Positions 11,453 to 25,837 are shown, counted from the stretch's first letter. The stretch: DNA of 64,000 bases from Octopus bimaculoides (GCF_001194135.2 NC_068990.1:67980494-68044493), one strand, 5' to 3'. Program-made: numbers and translations. The notes: generated by a model not told the origin, from the sequence alone.

Positions 11453-14149
11453 TATACAAAACAAAACAGGAAAATGGAAATTTTTTTGCAACAACTATGG
11501 ATACATATTGACTGCAATAATGGAATAAGCAGATGTTCTTCAAGAGGAAACAACTGGGATTTACTGTAACTACATACATGTGTGTGTGTGTGTGTGTGTG
11601 TGTGCACGCATGCACATTTATGTATGTATATATGTATGTATGTATGTATGTATGTGATGGCTGATAACTGCAACTTAATTCCAAGTGAGTAATACCATCA
11701 CTTGATTTCTCTCTTAAGCATGGGCAGTACAGATGTGGAAATGATGGGTGCCTCTTGTAGTAGGTATAAAAATAGAATTAGTGTGATGTCATCTTGTAAT
11801 TATCTAAGTTATTAAGAAAACGAAGATATATGAGCATGTTGTTATATCATAAACCCTACGCCTATTATTCATACAGAATTGTGCTTCTTGCAAAAGGAAA
11901 TTCTTAAACTAGAATCTTCTTGTAACAGTAAAATGTCAGTTGAGAAGAACTGTTGCTTATAATGGGTTTTTTTTTTGTATATAAATAAAAGTCACAGACA
12001 TCCAAAAATCTTTATGTCATATGTTACATCCCTTTCAATTTCATTGCACATTCTGTAGATGCAAGCATGGCATAGTTGCAGGAATGGTATAGCTACAAGT
12101 ACGATTGTGGGATTAAGAAGTTTGGTTCCCCACCATATGGTTTTCCCACATAGGCCCTCAAGCACATTTTAAAACCATTGGTCTGAAGAAGAGGTCATGG
12201 CCCTGAAATATAGAAATATAAGGTAAAACTCAAACTTTATATTGTTTTCTTTTAGTAGTTTACATTATATCTTCTTGTATTGTTCTGGCCTTACCCAACA
12301 AGTCTCTTTATTATATATACATATATATATACGTATGTATGCATATATGTATGTATGTATGTATGTATATATGTATGTATGTTCGTGCATGCATGCATGT
12401 ATATGTGCTTATGTTTCTGTTTGTTTATGTATATACTTCTTCAAAACTTGCCAAGCTATACCAGAGGTGATATCGTTTCCCCTTGTCAGAAAATCATCCA
12501 TTGGCTTTGTTCTTTTGAAGGCATTGTGAATAAGCAAAATAGGCAAGGGTTTGTATTGAGAAGAAATGCATCTAGCTGTTTGAAAAACACTCTCTCAATA
12601 ATATATAATTGTCTAACCCATGCTAGCATGGAAAACAAACAATATCAAACAGACAAGTCCTACATGATTATTGGGAGTGATGAAAGACTACATAGAAACT
12701 AAAGCAAACATACTGAAGGAAGAATACAATGTAGAGCAGTAAAAGGTGTTTGAACCTAAGACTTGGTGAGAAATAAGGGGCTGTATGTGAAGATGGAACC
12801 CCAACAAACTAATTTTGTCTCCAGCACTCATTACCATGAATATGCACTGTTGAAATTGATGTGCATCTAATATGCCCATGTGTCTTTTATGTTATTAAAT
12901 ACAGTATTTCAGAATTTTTGCATTCTCATTGAAACCAGCTACTGAGAATTTTCATTCAATGAGCTGCATTATTTAGCTGAAATTAAATCGAGAAGGCAGT
13001 GTAACTGAAAAACATCCTGTTTTACTCTCAAGATGACATTATGTCTTTTATTAGCAGCTGTTATCTCAATTTGAGAAGAGAAACCAGCATGTCAGCTTGT
13101 TATTAAAGATATATAGAAATTAGTTTAGGGGGAAATAACAAGCCTCAGAATGGAAAGATGAAATGAAGAATTGATGAAGAATGAGCTGGGGGAGGTAAGG
13201 GAGTTCCTAATGTCTCAATTCTTTATCTAATAAGAATAAATAACAGATGTACTGAATGTTTAACAGAGAAATGAAAGAACAACTTTTATGATGATAGCAA
13301 TTAGGGCTTTGATGAAACGTCACATGATTATATCTTAATTATAGACACTTTAATCAAGATAAACTTTTGTCAAAGTGAAATTATATTAAGTTGAAAGAGC
13401 AAAGAAAGCAATTTCATGCCATGAATAAAAGAAATATTGTCAAATTGAAGGTTTTTAAAATTCAATATCGTTGATATACGCTTCATCTCTTTCATCACAT
13501 TCACACAGTTTGATTGAACAAAATCATAGGTATCTCTAAATTGGAAATTTTAACATTGCTCTTTTGCTGAAGCCAGAGTTTGCCATTAATATTTACAGGC
13601 TTTGATTTTTAATAAATAAAAGATTTAAAAAAAAAAAGACATTGAGCATTGAGGCTTTATATATTTCCTCATACTAGAATTTTAATTTAGCTCACATCAC
13701 AAAGTATAACTTTGAATAGATGTTTTTTTTATCTATCTGTATAAACATATTTACAGCATAATATTTTCCCCTCTGCTCATAATGTGTTTGATAGTTATGC
13801 AAATGGGGAATATTTTCATAGTATGGTCGGAATTTTCACAATAAGTACTATAACAACACAATGTTTTCCATAAAAGTTTTCTAACCAACTACTTTATTCT
13901 TAAGTAGCAGTTAAAACACTGATTTTATAGCTTAGTAGATAAAATGACAACAAGAATAACAACAATATTGCAGTAGACAAACTCAGATACTCAGCCACTT
14001 TTGCTCCTTAAGGAAGATGATTTAAGCAGATAAGATTTTGCAGGATGGAGGCAACTAAATTAAATATTATGATACATCCCAGCTAAAACAACAGCAATAA
14101 AGAATAAATGGTTGATTTACTTTTGTATTGTTTAATCACTGAAAGGCAG

Positions 14150-14600
14150 GGAACTGGTGAATTGCAAGAGTATCAGAACAAAATGCCTTGCAATATTTCT
14201 TCTAATACTTCATGTTCTGAATTCAAATTTCATCAAGGACAACTTTAGCGTTTTATCCTTTAAATATTAACAAAATACATCAGCCAAGTACTGGTGTTGA
14301 CAATATCAATCAACCAGCCCCTTCTCCTCAAAACTTCTTAATTTGTTGCATCAATTAAAAACTGTTATTTAGCAACAAACTGATGAGCAACAAACTGATG
14401 AATCATTTGTGGGTGAGAAAAAAATATTTTGCAGTAGTTCTTCCAGCATTTTATGTTCTAAGTTCAAATCCTGCTGAGGTCAACTTTGTTTTTCTTCCTT
14501 TTGGGGTCAATAAAAAAAGCTCCAGTGAGCATTGAGTTTGATGTAATCAACTAATACCTCTGCCTAAAATTCCTGGCTTTGTAGGAACATTTGAAACAAT
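14150..14600 (+). mobile_element. Two decayed copies of SINE family C
   Basis: ttctgaattcaaatttc and ttctaagttcaaatcctgctgaggtcaactttg...ccttttggggtcaataaa motifs. Confidence 0.55.
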
Positions 14601-14727
14601 TATTATCATTATCATTTTTTCATCCAGTCTTCAATGATGATGATGATGACTATGAAGATGATGATGAGAAAATTGTTATTTGAACTGATGCTTTAATTTC
14701 ATTGATTATTCTAAGATGTAGATATAG

Positions 14728-14883
14728 GCAGAGGCATGACTGTGTGGTTAAGAAGTTTACTATAAGACCACATGAATCTGAGTTCAGTCCCACTGCAAGG
14801 CATTGTCGACAAGGGTCTTTCATTTATTATAGACATGAGCCTTGTACCTAAATTTCATAGATGGATACTGTGCTGATGCCTGC

Positions 14884-14916
<33 letters not shown>

Positions 14917-15310
14917 NNNNNNNNNNNNNNNNNNNNNNNNNNNNNNNNNNNNNNNNNNNNNNNNNNNNNNNNNNNNNNNNNNNNNNNNNNNNNNNNNNNN
15001 NNNNNNNNNNNNNNNNNNNNNNNNNNNNNNNNNNNNNNNNNNNNNNNNNNNNNNNNNNNNNNNNNNNNNNNNNNNNNNNTGTGTGTGTGTGTGTGTGTGT
15101 GTGTCTGTGTGACTGTGTTTGTCCCCCACCCTGCTTGAGAACAGCTGATAGTGTGTGTACATCCTTGTAACTTAGCAGCTCAGCAAAGTGACCAATAGAA
15201 TAAGTTCAAAGTTTTTAAAAAATATTAAATACTGTGGTTGATATATTTGATTTTAAAATTTCTTTAAGACAGTGCTACAGCATAGTTGTAGTCAAAGAAG
15301 TAAAAGAATA
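14728..15310 (+). mobile_element. SINE family A with an assembly gap inside its internal microsatellite
   Basis: Head gactgtgtggttaagaag...gagttcagtcccactgc; gap at 14917-15079 between (TA)n and (TG)n; body gtttgtcccccacc...gtaacttagcag...gaataag. Confidence 0.65.
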
Positions 15311-16268
15311 AAAGATAATATAAATACAGGTGCATATCCACACACACACATTTATATATTTATATACACACACTCACAGTGTGTGTGGATGATTACTGCT
15401 TGTCATTCAGTGTTGGTTTGTTCACATCCTTTTAACTTATCAATTTGAAAGAACAGAAAAATAAAAGACAATAAATAAGTAAATAAGTAATATGGTGAGT
15501 TCACCCACCTAAACACTTGACACTATTGCTGCAGCTTGGCCATAATCCAGTGGCTAAAACAAGCAAAGCATATACAAATATTCAATTTTCCTGTCATATA
15601 AAAAATACATCAACCAGTGGATACAGGCTATTGTGTTCTACAAGAACGCTACTACCATATTTGAGTCCTTTTTCCTCATCAATTATATTTTTCGGCATCT
15701 CCAGATAGGATTTTATTCTATATTTCATCAACATGAGTTATCAACATTTACTGATAGCTCTTAGTTTTTGTTTTGTCTACTTAACTAGATGCACACAGCA
15801 GGTTATATAAACGAGACATTACTATCTATTTCACAAAATTCTAGAGACTATTTGTCTATCAAGTTTGAAAATATAAGCCATGTATTCATCTATCTACCAA
15901 TATCTAATACATGCCATATTTGTTCATCATCCAGAGGCAATACTTCTCTATCAATTTATCAAGTGTACAACATAAGAGGCTCTGATTTCCTTAATAAAGC
16001 TCATTTATTCTCTCTATCTCTCTACATGATATTTTCAGGCTATTTTACAGTTTTAATTTCAAAGTGAATCTACCAGATATTAACATTATCTCTTTATATT
16101 TGCATGAATGGAAACCACTTTACATCTATCTATCTATCTATCTATCTATCTAATCTATCTATCTGTCTATCTATCTGTGTGTTTATGCCCTACATACATA
16201 TATACACACACAAATTATATACACATACGTGTATGTATATATATACATATATATATATACACACTCAT

Positions 16269-16330
16269 TGTCTGATCAAAAAATATCCGGACTGTTGCCA
16301 TAGTAAGGAAGCTAAAGCATGTATGAAGCT
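16269..16330. mobile_element. Possible Mariner terminal fragment
   Basis: tgtctgatcaaaaaatatccggactg resembles mariner-type TIRs (recalled, not searched). No partner end was seen. Confidence 0.3.
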
Positions 16331-16486
16331 AAAAATCTAAACAGGAGAAAATTTACCCATCATACCCTGTATATATGTGTATATATNNNNNNNNNNNNNN
16401 NNNNNNNNNNNNNNNNNNNNNNNNNNNNNNNNNNNNNNNNNNNNNNNNNNNNNNNNNNNNNNNNNNNNNNNNNNNNNNNNNNNNNN

Positions 16487-16519
<33 letters not shown>

Positions 16520-17984
16520 AATAAATATATATATAATTATATATATATACATATATATATTAATCCTTCTATATGAGATAGTTATTCTAAAAAAATCATG
16601 CTGTTTACTTTTTTATGTGTATGTGTGTGGAAGAGTTTCTCATGTTACTCTAATTCATGAAACATTGCCATCAGGCAAATTAAATTGTTTCTTTATTGTT
16701 TTTATTCCATTATCTATTTTCTTATATTTATGAGCCAAACCCCTCCCCCATGTAGTACTATAAAAATACCATGTCCACAATGCAATCTCATCTTGTACTT
16801 TGCTTAAGCACCAAATGAAGTAAAATTGTTCACACAGCTTATGTATTAGAACTCGTATTGTCTATCTTCACCTTTCTGATTTCCTAACCTTGTTATCCTA
16901 GTAAAGGGAAACATCCCTCATGTGTACCTTAAAGAGGGAAGCCAAAATTGGAATTCCACTGTAAAGGCTTTAAAGTTTCCTTCCATTTTTTCCTTTGTAC
17001 TGAAGCAATCCTGGTATTTCAATGAGTTGGATAATGAATTAGCAGATACCAGCATTCATCTGCAAACCAAAATCTCTTGTATGAGTCATAAGTCCAGAGT
17101 GGCTTTAGTTCATGGGACACAACTAGGTTGAAATATCAGTGTCCAAACTCTCCTTACCTGGATGACTTGAGAGTGTTATGAAATGGTTTTCCATCAGTGA
17201 AACACAAGAACAGTTATGATATTCATGTTTGAATCTGTTGGAACATATTAAGAATGAATATGTGTGTTATCATTCTAATTCCTGCTCTTCACTGTGCACA
17301 TAATGATTTAATAGCAGTTGATAGACATCCACACACATCAGCAAACTGTAGCACCTCTGGAACGGTATGACTGAGGAGACACAAAAATGTCAAAACACTG
17401 GGTATCCCAAAGTGTCCTTACTCTAATGAATCAATTGTGTTATAACACACATTCATCTGAAAGGGGAAGTTGCTTTCCAATGATAAAAATACAACAGTGA
17501 TTTGCATATTCATGTCAGAATCTGTCAGAATGTATTAATAATGAATATGAATGTCACCAATCCACTTAGAAAATGTTTTGATTAGAAAATTTATAATTTC
17601 CCTAACTTTCCTCATATATATAATGCTGTTCAGATTATCATAATTTGTGATGCCACAGAAACAGTATATACTGAAGTTGTCAAAATCTGATATTTTTTCT
17701 CATTTTATGACTTTTAAATTTCCTCTCCACTGAGTAATGTTGAAGATGGGAGAATATGTGATATATTGAAGTAATTTTAGTCATTGATATTGAAAACTAT
17801 TCTCTTGTTGTTTATGATAAACGAGCTGTAGATGGCACAATGGATTGGTGCCAGCAACTGACCACTAGTGAGGAATGGTGATAACAGAACTAACACTGCA
17901 CTATCAATTGACTGATTAAGCAGCTTTCAAATGCTGCTGAGGAGGCTAAAGGTAAATAATCATTATCTTGATCAGCCCTTGAAC

Positions 17985-18200
17985 ATTATTGTTTTTGAGT
18001 CTAAGGACTTATAAAACCAATATTCCTGCTTGAATTGGACTCTACTCCATCACAGGTTTACTCATGTACAGCTCAGTGAACTAGAACAACATGAAATGAT
18101 GTGCTTTGCTTAAGAAAACAACACCACTGCCTACTCCAGGAATTGAAACCATAATCTTGTGATCATGAGTGCAACACTCAAACTACTAGGCCCAGTGCCT
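17985..18200 (-). mobile_element. SINE family B (Meta-like), decayed
   Basis: Reverse complement contains a tRNA-like head, tgttttcttaagcaaagcacatcatttcatgttgttctagttcactgagctgtacatgagt and aacctgtgatggag. Confidence 0.55.
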
Positions 18201-18270
18201 CTACAAACACACAGGTAAACCATAAATTTATAGTTAAATATTCATTGCAACTCCAGCTTCATGGATTCTT

Positions 18271-18484
18271 ACCTTGCCATATAGGGGAGCTTGCATGCTT
18301 CTATGTTGCTATACTAACAGAGAACTTAACCTCAGTAGCAGAGTCAATGATGTCAAGAAGGTCGTTGGGAAGAAGCCTGATTTGAGGGCGGGTAGTCACT
18401 GATATTTCAGGACAAGGAATTTTATGGTGGGGTTAGCAGCCTCCCCCAGTAAAAAAAAAAAAACCAATAACTTCTACAGAAACA
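18271..18484 (+). mobile_element. Decayed 5' UTR of an RTE-clade LINE
   Basis: accttgcc...ggggagcttgcatgc...gctatac...gagtc...aaggtc...agtcactg...cagg...ggggttagcagcctcccccagtaaaaaa follows the motif order I recall for RTE/Expander/BovB-type 5' ends. Confidence 0.5.
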
Positions 18485-19629
18485 TTGATAGAAAAAAACC
18501 AAATCAATTCTCACACTTTTGGAGATCAGGAGGATCCAACAAAAGGAGAATGAAACATTGTAACTGAAACAGAATGAATGCTGCAACATGTATGCCTCTC
18601 CTGACCTAGGGCAAACTACCATTGTGTTCCACATAACAATGGTTCATCAAATATCAGAGACATGTGTCTTCTGATACAGCCCCAAGTTAAACAATGACTT
18701 GTGTGTTAATCTTTTTTAGGTAGAAATGAGAAGCCCATTATGTATAAAAATATATATATGTAAATCATCATCATTTTAATACCCACTTTTAATTGCTTGT
18801 ATGGGTCTGACTGAGTTTATTAAGGCTGATGTTCTACAACCAGATACCCTCCCTCATCTATTACCAAGCAATGTAATATTTTCTAGTTGGCAAACAAGCT
18901 CTCACAGAATATTGGAAAGGAATAAATAACACTGCATCTCATGACAGTGACACTCATGTACAACTATCACATGATATCAAGGTAAGGAAGTGCAAACAAA
19001 CACGTGTGTGTGTATGTGCATGTGTGTGTTTGTGTATGTGCATGTGTGTGTTTGTGTATGTGTGTGCACTGGCTTTTTTCAGCTTTGGTCAACCATAATC
19101 CATTCACAAGGCTTTGGTTGAGCCTGGACGATAATAGAAGACGTGCCTAAGGTATGGCAAAAAATCCTAGATTAGCTGCATAAAGCCACTGTTACCACTT
19201 GCTCATCCTCAATGGATGTGTGTGAGTGTATGTGCACGTATATGTATGTATACGTACATACATATGTATATTCATACACATACATAGAGTATATGTGTTG
19301 TGAATCTAGTGATAATACACAACCATGTTATCATGTGATATCAAAACAAGCTGATATTGATCTCACCATTACAAATATTCTTATCTATATACAACTGATA
19401 GCATTTATTACCACCATAACTGAGGGATCTTGGAAGATTTCAAATTTTGTTTCTTTGATTTTTTTTATTGTCTCTGCTTTGTACTGTGACAAAAAGAATC
19501 TAAAAACAGAAGAGAAATTTTAATCTTTATGAATTCCTATGAAATCTTACGGAATATATTTATCAATAAATGTTCACTATATTTTAATGGATTATTCAAT
19601 AAAGAAAAGTTCACATTACTTTTGAAGAA

Positions 19630-19830
19630 TGTAACACTGGCAAAATTGCTAGAGTACTGGGAAAATTGCTTTGCAATATTGGTTCCAACTCTTTGCATTT
19701 TGAGTTCAGATCTTGTAACAGTCAACCTTGACATTTGTCCTGCTGGGGTCAATAAAATACAGCACCAGTCAACTAGTGGTGGTATCTACCAGCATCAGAT
19801 TTGCCCTTCATCCTTTCAGGTATCAATAAA
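19630..19830 (+). mobile_element. SINE family C
   Basis: ctggcaaaattgctag head; tgagttcagatc...gtcaaccttgacatttgtcctgctggggtcaataaaata. Confidence 0.55.
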
Positions 19831-19839
19831 ATAAAGTAA

Positions 19840-19990
19840 TTAAGAAGTTTTCTTTCCAACTACAAGGTTTCAGATTTAGTCCTACAGCATGATACCTAGG
19901 GTAAGTGCCTTCTACTATTGCCCCAGGCTGACCAAAGACTTGTGAGTGGATTTGGTAGATGGAAACTGAACGCCAATGATATACGTATAT
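19840..19990 (-). mobile_element. SINE family A, 5' half
   Basis: Mixed-looking fragment containing ggtaagtgccttctactattgccccaggctgaccaaagacttgtgagtggatttggtagatggaaactg; the family A body reads on the + strand here, so orientation of the flanking part is uncertain. Confidence 0.4.
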
Positions 19991-20334
19991 GCATGTGTTT
20001 GTGTGCATAAATGCCTGTGTGAAGAGCATATGTTTGTGTCTCTTCGTTTTGACATTACATGATAGTTGTAAACAAGTGTCACTATCATACTGGCAGTGTT
20101 GTTCTTTTCTAATATACTGTAAAAATATTACCTTGCTCCAGAATAAGTGAAGTTTGGAAACAGGAAGGACATTTGGCCATAGATAATTTGTTTCAATAAA
20201 CTACGTCCAACCCATGTAAGCTTGGAAATGTGGTCATTAAAACAATGATGATGACGATGATGATGATGATTTAATTTACTAACATTCTCCCATCAAAATT
20301 TCTCATGCCTAAATTACAGACAATTATTATACAA

Positions 20335-20690
20335 GGGTGGTTGTTTGTCAGAATCATTAAAGCTTTGGACAAAATGCCTAATAGTGTTTCTTGTGGTTCT
20401 GAATTCAAATCCTGCCAAGGTCATTCTTGTTTTCATTGTTCCATGATCAATGAAATAAAGTAGCAGACTAATAGTGGGATCTCAATGGTATCAATTAACT
20501 CCAACCTCCTCTCCAAATTGCTGGCTTTTTGCCTAAATTAAAAACAAAAGCAGCTGAATGGCAACATCATTAATGCAATGGAAAAGTACCTTGTGGGATT
20601 TGTTCCAGCTCTTCACATTCTGATTTCAAGTCCTGTCAAAGCTAACTTTTCTTCTCACCCTTTCAGAGCCAATAAAATATGTTAAAACAA
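20335..20690 (+). mobile_element. Two tandem decayed copies of SINE family C
   Basis: gtcagaatcattaaagc...tctgaattcaaatcctgccaaggtc; second copy ttctgatttcaagtcctgtcaaagctaac...ccctttcagagccaataaaa. Confidence 0.55.
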
Positions 20691-21730
20691 TAATGATGGT
20701 GAGTGCAGAGAATCGAAACAACAACTATTTTATCCAGTGATAGAAGGCCTTGATCAGCTTGTTGCTATGGTAGTGATGGCTAGATGCAGCAATTTTATCA
20801 GTGGAAAAAACATTGGTATTAGTAATGGCTGTGTGATGTCAGACTACGATGACAATCAGTGGTGAGGTAGTGGTGAAGGTTGAGACAGAGGGTACCATTA
20901 TGAGACAGACAGTTCTTTTTAAATCTCAAACTAAGCTAGTGGCAGTGGCTAGAGTTTTAAAACAACTAAAGCTATTAATTTATAGTATGAAACAAACTCA
21001 AAGCAATAATTACTTTGAAATGGCTTGGAACCTCTATAAACAACAAAACCCAACCTTTCCACACAGATTCAATACACTTGCCGTCAACCCCTACCCCTGC
21101 TACCATCATGTCAACATCTCTTCAGTTGAGAGAATCAACTAGCAATTTATAATTGATAATTTCTGTTATTTTTACAAACTCATATACACATCTGCCTGTC
21201 TCATACATACTAACGCATACATACTTTCATATATATATATAGACACACACACCTATTAATGTACCATCACAGACAAATAAGAATCATTTGTAACTACTAT
21301 TGAAAGTCAAAGAGAAATATATGCTTAGGGATATAAATATCTAATTCTTCACAATTAAGGCTATGAAGAGAAAAGAATGATGAAAGAAAGAATCAGATGA
21401 AAAAAGAGGGATATATGTGTATATATATGAAGGAAAAAATATACACACATATAAAACCATGATGATGGAAAATAAGTGTGGGAAAGAACTAATTCAGAAA
21501 GAAGAGCCAAACACCAGTAGACAGGAAGACATAACATTGCTAATTATTCAACTCTTTGTTCTTAAATTACTTTTTGATATATGCATACAAACACACACAC
21601 ACACACACACATGTATATATACTCACACACATACACACATATATATACTCACACACATACACACATATATATATACTCACACACATACACACATATATAT
21701 ATATATACACATACAATATATACATACACA

Positions 21731-21763
<33 letters not shown>

Positions 21764-22281
21764 ATATTCTGCACTAAATGAAGAATTGTTGGAGAGAGAA
21801 AATTATATATCTATATATATGTGTATGTATGTATACACACACAATGCACATATATACATACAACACACACATGTACATACAGACACATACATGTGCGTGC
21901 ACATACACACACACATATATATTACAGAGAGAGAGAAAAATGTACACAAATTTCTCTTGAAACCTAACATGACAGTGTATTTATTAGCTGAGATTTTAGA
22001 TGCAAACATTAATTGTGAGAGACACAAGAATTTCACTTTAACTCTTCCAGGCACTGAATTTCAATATTTTCTTAATCCATTCTATATAAACATGAGTTGG
22101 ATCAAGGAGATGAATGTTGGGAGAATACACTAGATATTCGGTTACTAAGTTTAGTGATTTAATATCCTAAGTTAGAATTAATTCACAAATCTTATTTCGT
22201 TACTCATTCTCTCATTCCTCTGAAATTAAAAGTATTTAAGGCATATAGAGGCTTGTGTTATTTAATTGACTGTTCCCTTTC

Positions 22282-22501
22282 TTAATTAAGTATTTAAACC
22301 AGTCATATCTGGCCTAAATATTCTGCTTCAAGTTCAAACCAACCAGATATGACCTCCCATGCCTACCCTACAATGTTATTCTAAAAATATACTGTCACAT
22401 CATTAAAATCTTAAAGCTAAGAGATAATGCTGGATTGATTCAAAACAATGGGATTAAACAAGCATTACATTTGACAGCATAATCTGAAGGCTGAAGGGTT
22501 A
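22282..22501. mobile_element. Possible piggyBac-like MITE
   Basis: The right end gctgaagggtta is TTAACCCT-like on the reverse strand; the left end is degraded. The family call rests on recall of octopus MITEs. Confidence 0.3.
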
Positions 22502-23149
22502 CACATCAATCTTGTATCTGTTTGAAAGACATAACTGTTTGTGTGGTTGCTTAGCACCAACCTGACCAGTGTTAACCAGCAGAACTGTAATCAAAAGTGT
22601 TCCAACCATGACCATCTTGTCTTATAGTTACGTTGTTCATCTTTTGTTGTCAAAAATGACAATGATTCTGGATTGGCTTGCTATCTGGTCTGGTAGGCCT
22701 ACCGAAGACAGGAATCTTCTAAAGCAGGTTGGGAATATATGGAATGGAGCTAGGCATGGCATACTAATAGCTCTAGCATTGTGGAGTGGGTGCATCTTCC
22801 TAGATGCACTAGTTCTTTTACTTTCAACTATTAGGGTACCAATGTGAACCAGATGGTGCCAGTTGTGTTGAAGTCATGGCAATTATCTAATGTGATTTTA
22901 CAGTTTGAAAATGGTAGGGTGTTGTATTATGAAGTAGGATTTTTGTAGCTATTTCTAGCAGGTTGAGCAACTATAAGCTTTTGTTTTTTTAATTATTGCC
23001 CCATTTGTTTTACTAACACTTTTCAAATACCCACTTCTTTGCTATGATTCCACAAAATTAAAGCACAAACGATTACTGTTGACAGGTTGATCACCACTAA
23101 AAGTTTTCTTGCACAGTTAGGTTATCATCATCGTCATCATCATCTTCAG

Positions 23150-23460
23150 CAGCAGCAGTGTTTAACATCTTTGTTCTATGATGGCATGAATTTGATAGTT
23201 TCTCAGGATCTGACATGTCCAAGGACTGCATTGTGCTCTGCTGTCTACTTTGGCATGGTTTCTACAGCTGATGTCCTTGCTAATGCTAAACATTTTACAG
23301 CATGTACTCGGTGCTTTTTTCATTACACCAGCACTAGTGAGATCACTAGGCAGCTTCAAGACTATGAATCCTAAGAAACACAGCTTTATGCTAGGAGATG
23401 AAGAGTTAAGGTATAAGAGAGCAGAGCAGAACAGGTTTTTTACTGTAGAAGAGCCATTAT
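23150..23460 (-). mobile_element. RTE-tailed element family G
   Basis: RTE tail on the minus strand. The 5' part gagcagaacaggttttttactgtagaag matches the reverse complement of 54085-54120, where the same family lies on +. Confidence 0.6.
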
Positions 23461-23783
23461 AAAATGATTTATATACAGATATATTTTTGAAAATTAGGGC
23501 AATTAAAAATTTTCCTTTAAAAATTGTTTTTCCAGCTTATTTGTTATATTGGTGAAATTCTTAAAAATATTAGACATATCTTGCAGCAACTTCCCTTATT
23601 TCAAAATAAATATATTTAACAAAGTAAAATTATATTTTTGTTTATTGTTTATAATTTCTATGCATAGTTGCTATGACATACGTAAAAATATAATCGCTCT
23701 ATAACTCACATTGAGCAAGTCTTTTGTCTGATCTATGGACACCTAACAGATAATACACACACACACACACATACACATATACA

Positions 23784-23815
<32 letters not shown>

Positions 23816-23919
23816 NNNNNNNNNNACATACATACATATATATATATATAAACACACATATACACAAACATGACTACATTATAGGAAAAATATATATAAA
23901 CAGAGAACATAAATATATT

Positions 23920-24143
23920 TATTTCTTTATTGCCCACACAAGGCTAAACATAGAGAAGCCAAACAAGAACAGACAAAGGGGTTAAGTCGATTACATTGAC
24001 ACCAGTGCATAACTGGTACTTATTTAATTGACCCTGAAAGGATGAAAAGCAAAGTCAACCTCGGCGGAATTTGAACTCAGAAATAAGGGCTGACAAAATA
24101 CTGCTAAGCATTTTGCCAGGCGTGCTAACAATTCTGCCAGCTC
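23920..24143 (-). mobile_element. SINE family C variant (alternative 3' end), well preserved
   Basis: Reverse complement: gagctggcagaattgttagcacgcc...ctgagttcaaattccgccgaggttgactttgcttttcatcctttcagggtcaattaaataagtaccagt...gggcaataaagaaat. Confidence 0.8.
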
Positions 24144-24633
24144 AGTACACAAATATATAGATATATTTTCACGTTTAGCCTCATGTAGTTATCTACTACG
24201 AAATTTTGATAACAAGAAATGGTAGAAAACCACCTGCTAAATATTTACTGCCTCACATTATTACAAGCTGTTAAATTTATGAATTTGGATAGATAATAAA
24301 TATATTTCTTATAACAATATTTTGTAAATAACTAATTAACTTTATAATTTTGATTTTCTCTTCTCATGCTGTGCACTGTGTGTGTAAGCATGTGTGTGTG
24401 TGTGTGTGATGGACACAGCCAGACATACATAATTCAGTTGTATTCATGCAGACACATACATATATATGTACATAAATAGGCTTTAATATGAATATATTGA
24501 TATGTATACACCCATGTCTATGTATGTATGTGAGTTTGTGTTACAAATAGTTCTCACCTTCTTTAATTAAATATATATATATATGTATGTATGTATGCTA
24601 TATACATGGGCATGTGAATGCATATATATACAC

Positions 24634-24665
<32 letters not shown>

Positions 24666-24769
24666 GTATAAATGTATGTATATNNNNNNNNNNNNNNNNN
24701 NNNNNNNNNNNNNNNNNNNNNNNNNNNNNNNNNNNNNNNNNNNNNNNNNNNNNNNNNNNNNNNNNNNNN

Positions 24770-24844
<75 letters not shown>

Positions 24845-25479
24845 CATATAAATATACATATGTATGCGTATATACACTATGTGTGTGAATGTATGTATTT
24901 GTATATATATATATTTGTTCTATCATTTCTAATATAGGTTATTGAAATGCTATTTTGAGAGGAAAACTAAAAAACTAGAAAAGTTTTAAATCATTCAAAA
25001 CATTTGTGCTTAATTTCTTAACAGATTCTAAAGATGTGAACACATTGCACCACCATTAATTGAACATTATTGGTTACCTATATACTTTCAAATGAAGTTG
25101 AAAATTTTACTCTGCTCCAAAATATTTGAAAGACTTCATAAATTTAGCTCCTGTATCATTTTCCCCACAGAATGTCAGGTAGGGTTCATCAGTTGTCACT
25201 TCTTTTCTGCTCTTTATTCAGCCACTCATATAGTAGTGCTTTTTAGTATATTACTCTACACTTCTGGAATTCCTTGTCCATCAATATAAGAATATTTTAT
25301 GATCATAAGTTATTTTGTAACAAATTAAAAACACTCCACATGTTTTATTAATGTATTCATGCAAATTGACTTATTGTAGTCTTTTGGCTGCACCAAATAT
25401 GCTTGCAATTTTGGGGTTTTATGCCAAAAGATGGATTGTACTTTCTATACAGAACTATGTCCAGGTTTATTTAATTTAT

Positions 25480-25483
25480 GATG

Positions 25484-25531
<48 letters not shown>

Positions 25532-25580
25532 GTGATGATGAAATAATAATAATGGTGATGATGAAATAATAATAATAATT
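25480..25580. repeat. (AAT)n/(GAT)n microsatellite
   Basis: Directly visible. Confidence 0.95.
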
Positions 25581-25584
25581 ACCA

Positions 25585-25785
25585 ACATTGCTCAAAAAAA
25601 TTGGTAGAAATGAAGGATAGAACACCTACAAAAATCAGTATTGCTTGGATCTGCAAGAATTCTTCACAGGGCTTTTGAAGCATAACCAATAAACAAGTCT
25701 CACCATAGTCTGCTGGCTGTGGACAGGCTGACACTTTCCATCATACCCAGCAAAATAAGTTGAGACTTTTCATCAAATAATATAT
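25585..25785 (+). mobile_element. 3' end of an R4/Dong-like (RLE-endonuclease) LINE
   Basis: Translates IEHLQKSVLLGSARILHRAFEA*, matching the QKxxLLGxARIL terminus of R4-clade ORFs. Short 3' UTR ends ...catcaaataata; preceded by (AAT)n. Confidence 0.7.
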
Positions 25786-25837
25786 TGAAAAACTCACAAG
25801 GAGTTACGAAACTCACAAAAGTTTTTGGGCAGATTTT

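Noticed and set aside
17140-17180. PYLDDLRV, an RT-like YxDD motif
   Set aside because: No other RT motifs in register nearby; likely chance.
17921-17951. QLSNAAEEAK with a gtaaat donor
   Set aside because: The acceptor lacks a polypyrimidine tract.
18650-18675. Short near-palindromes (atcagagacatgtgtcttctgat; gtgcatct-tcct-agatgcac at ~22790)
   Set aside because: Too short to exceed chance in 64 kb.
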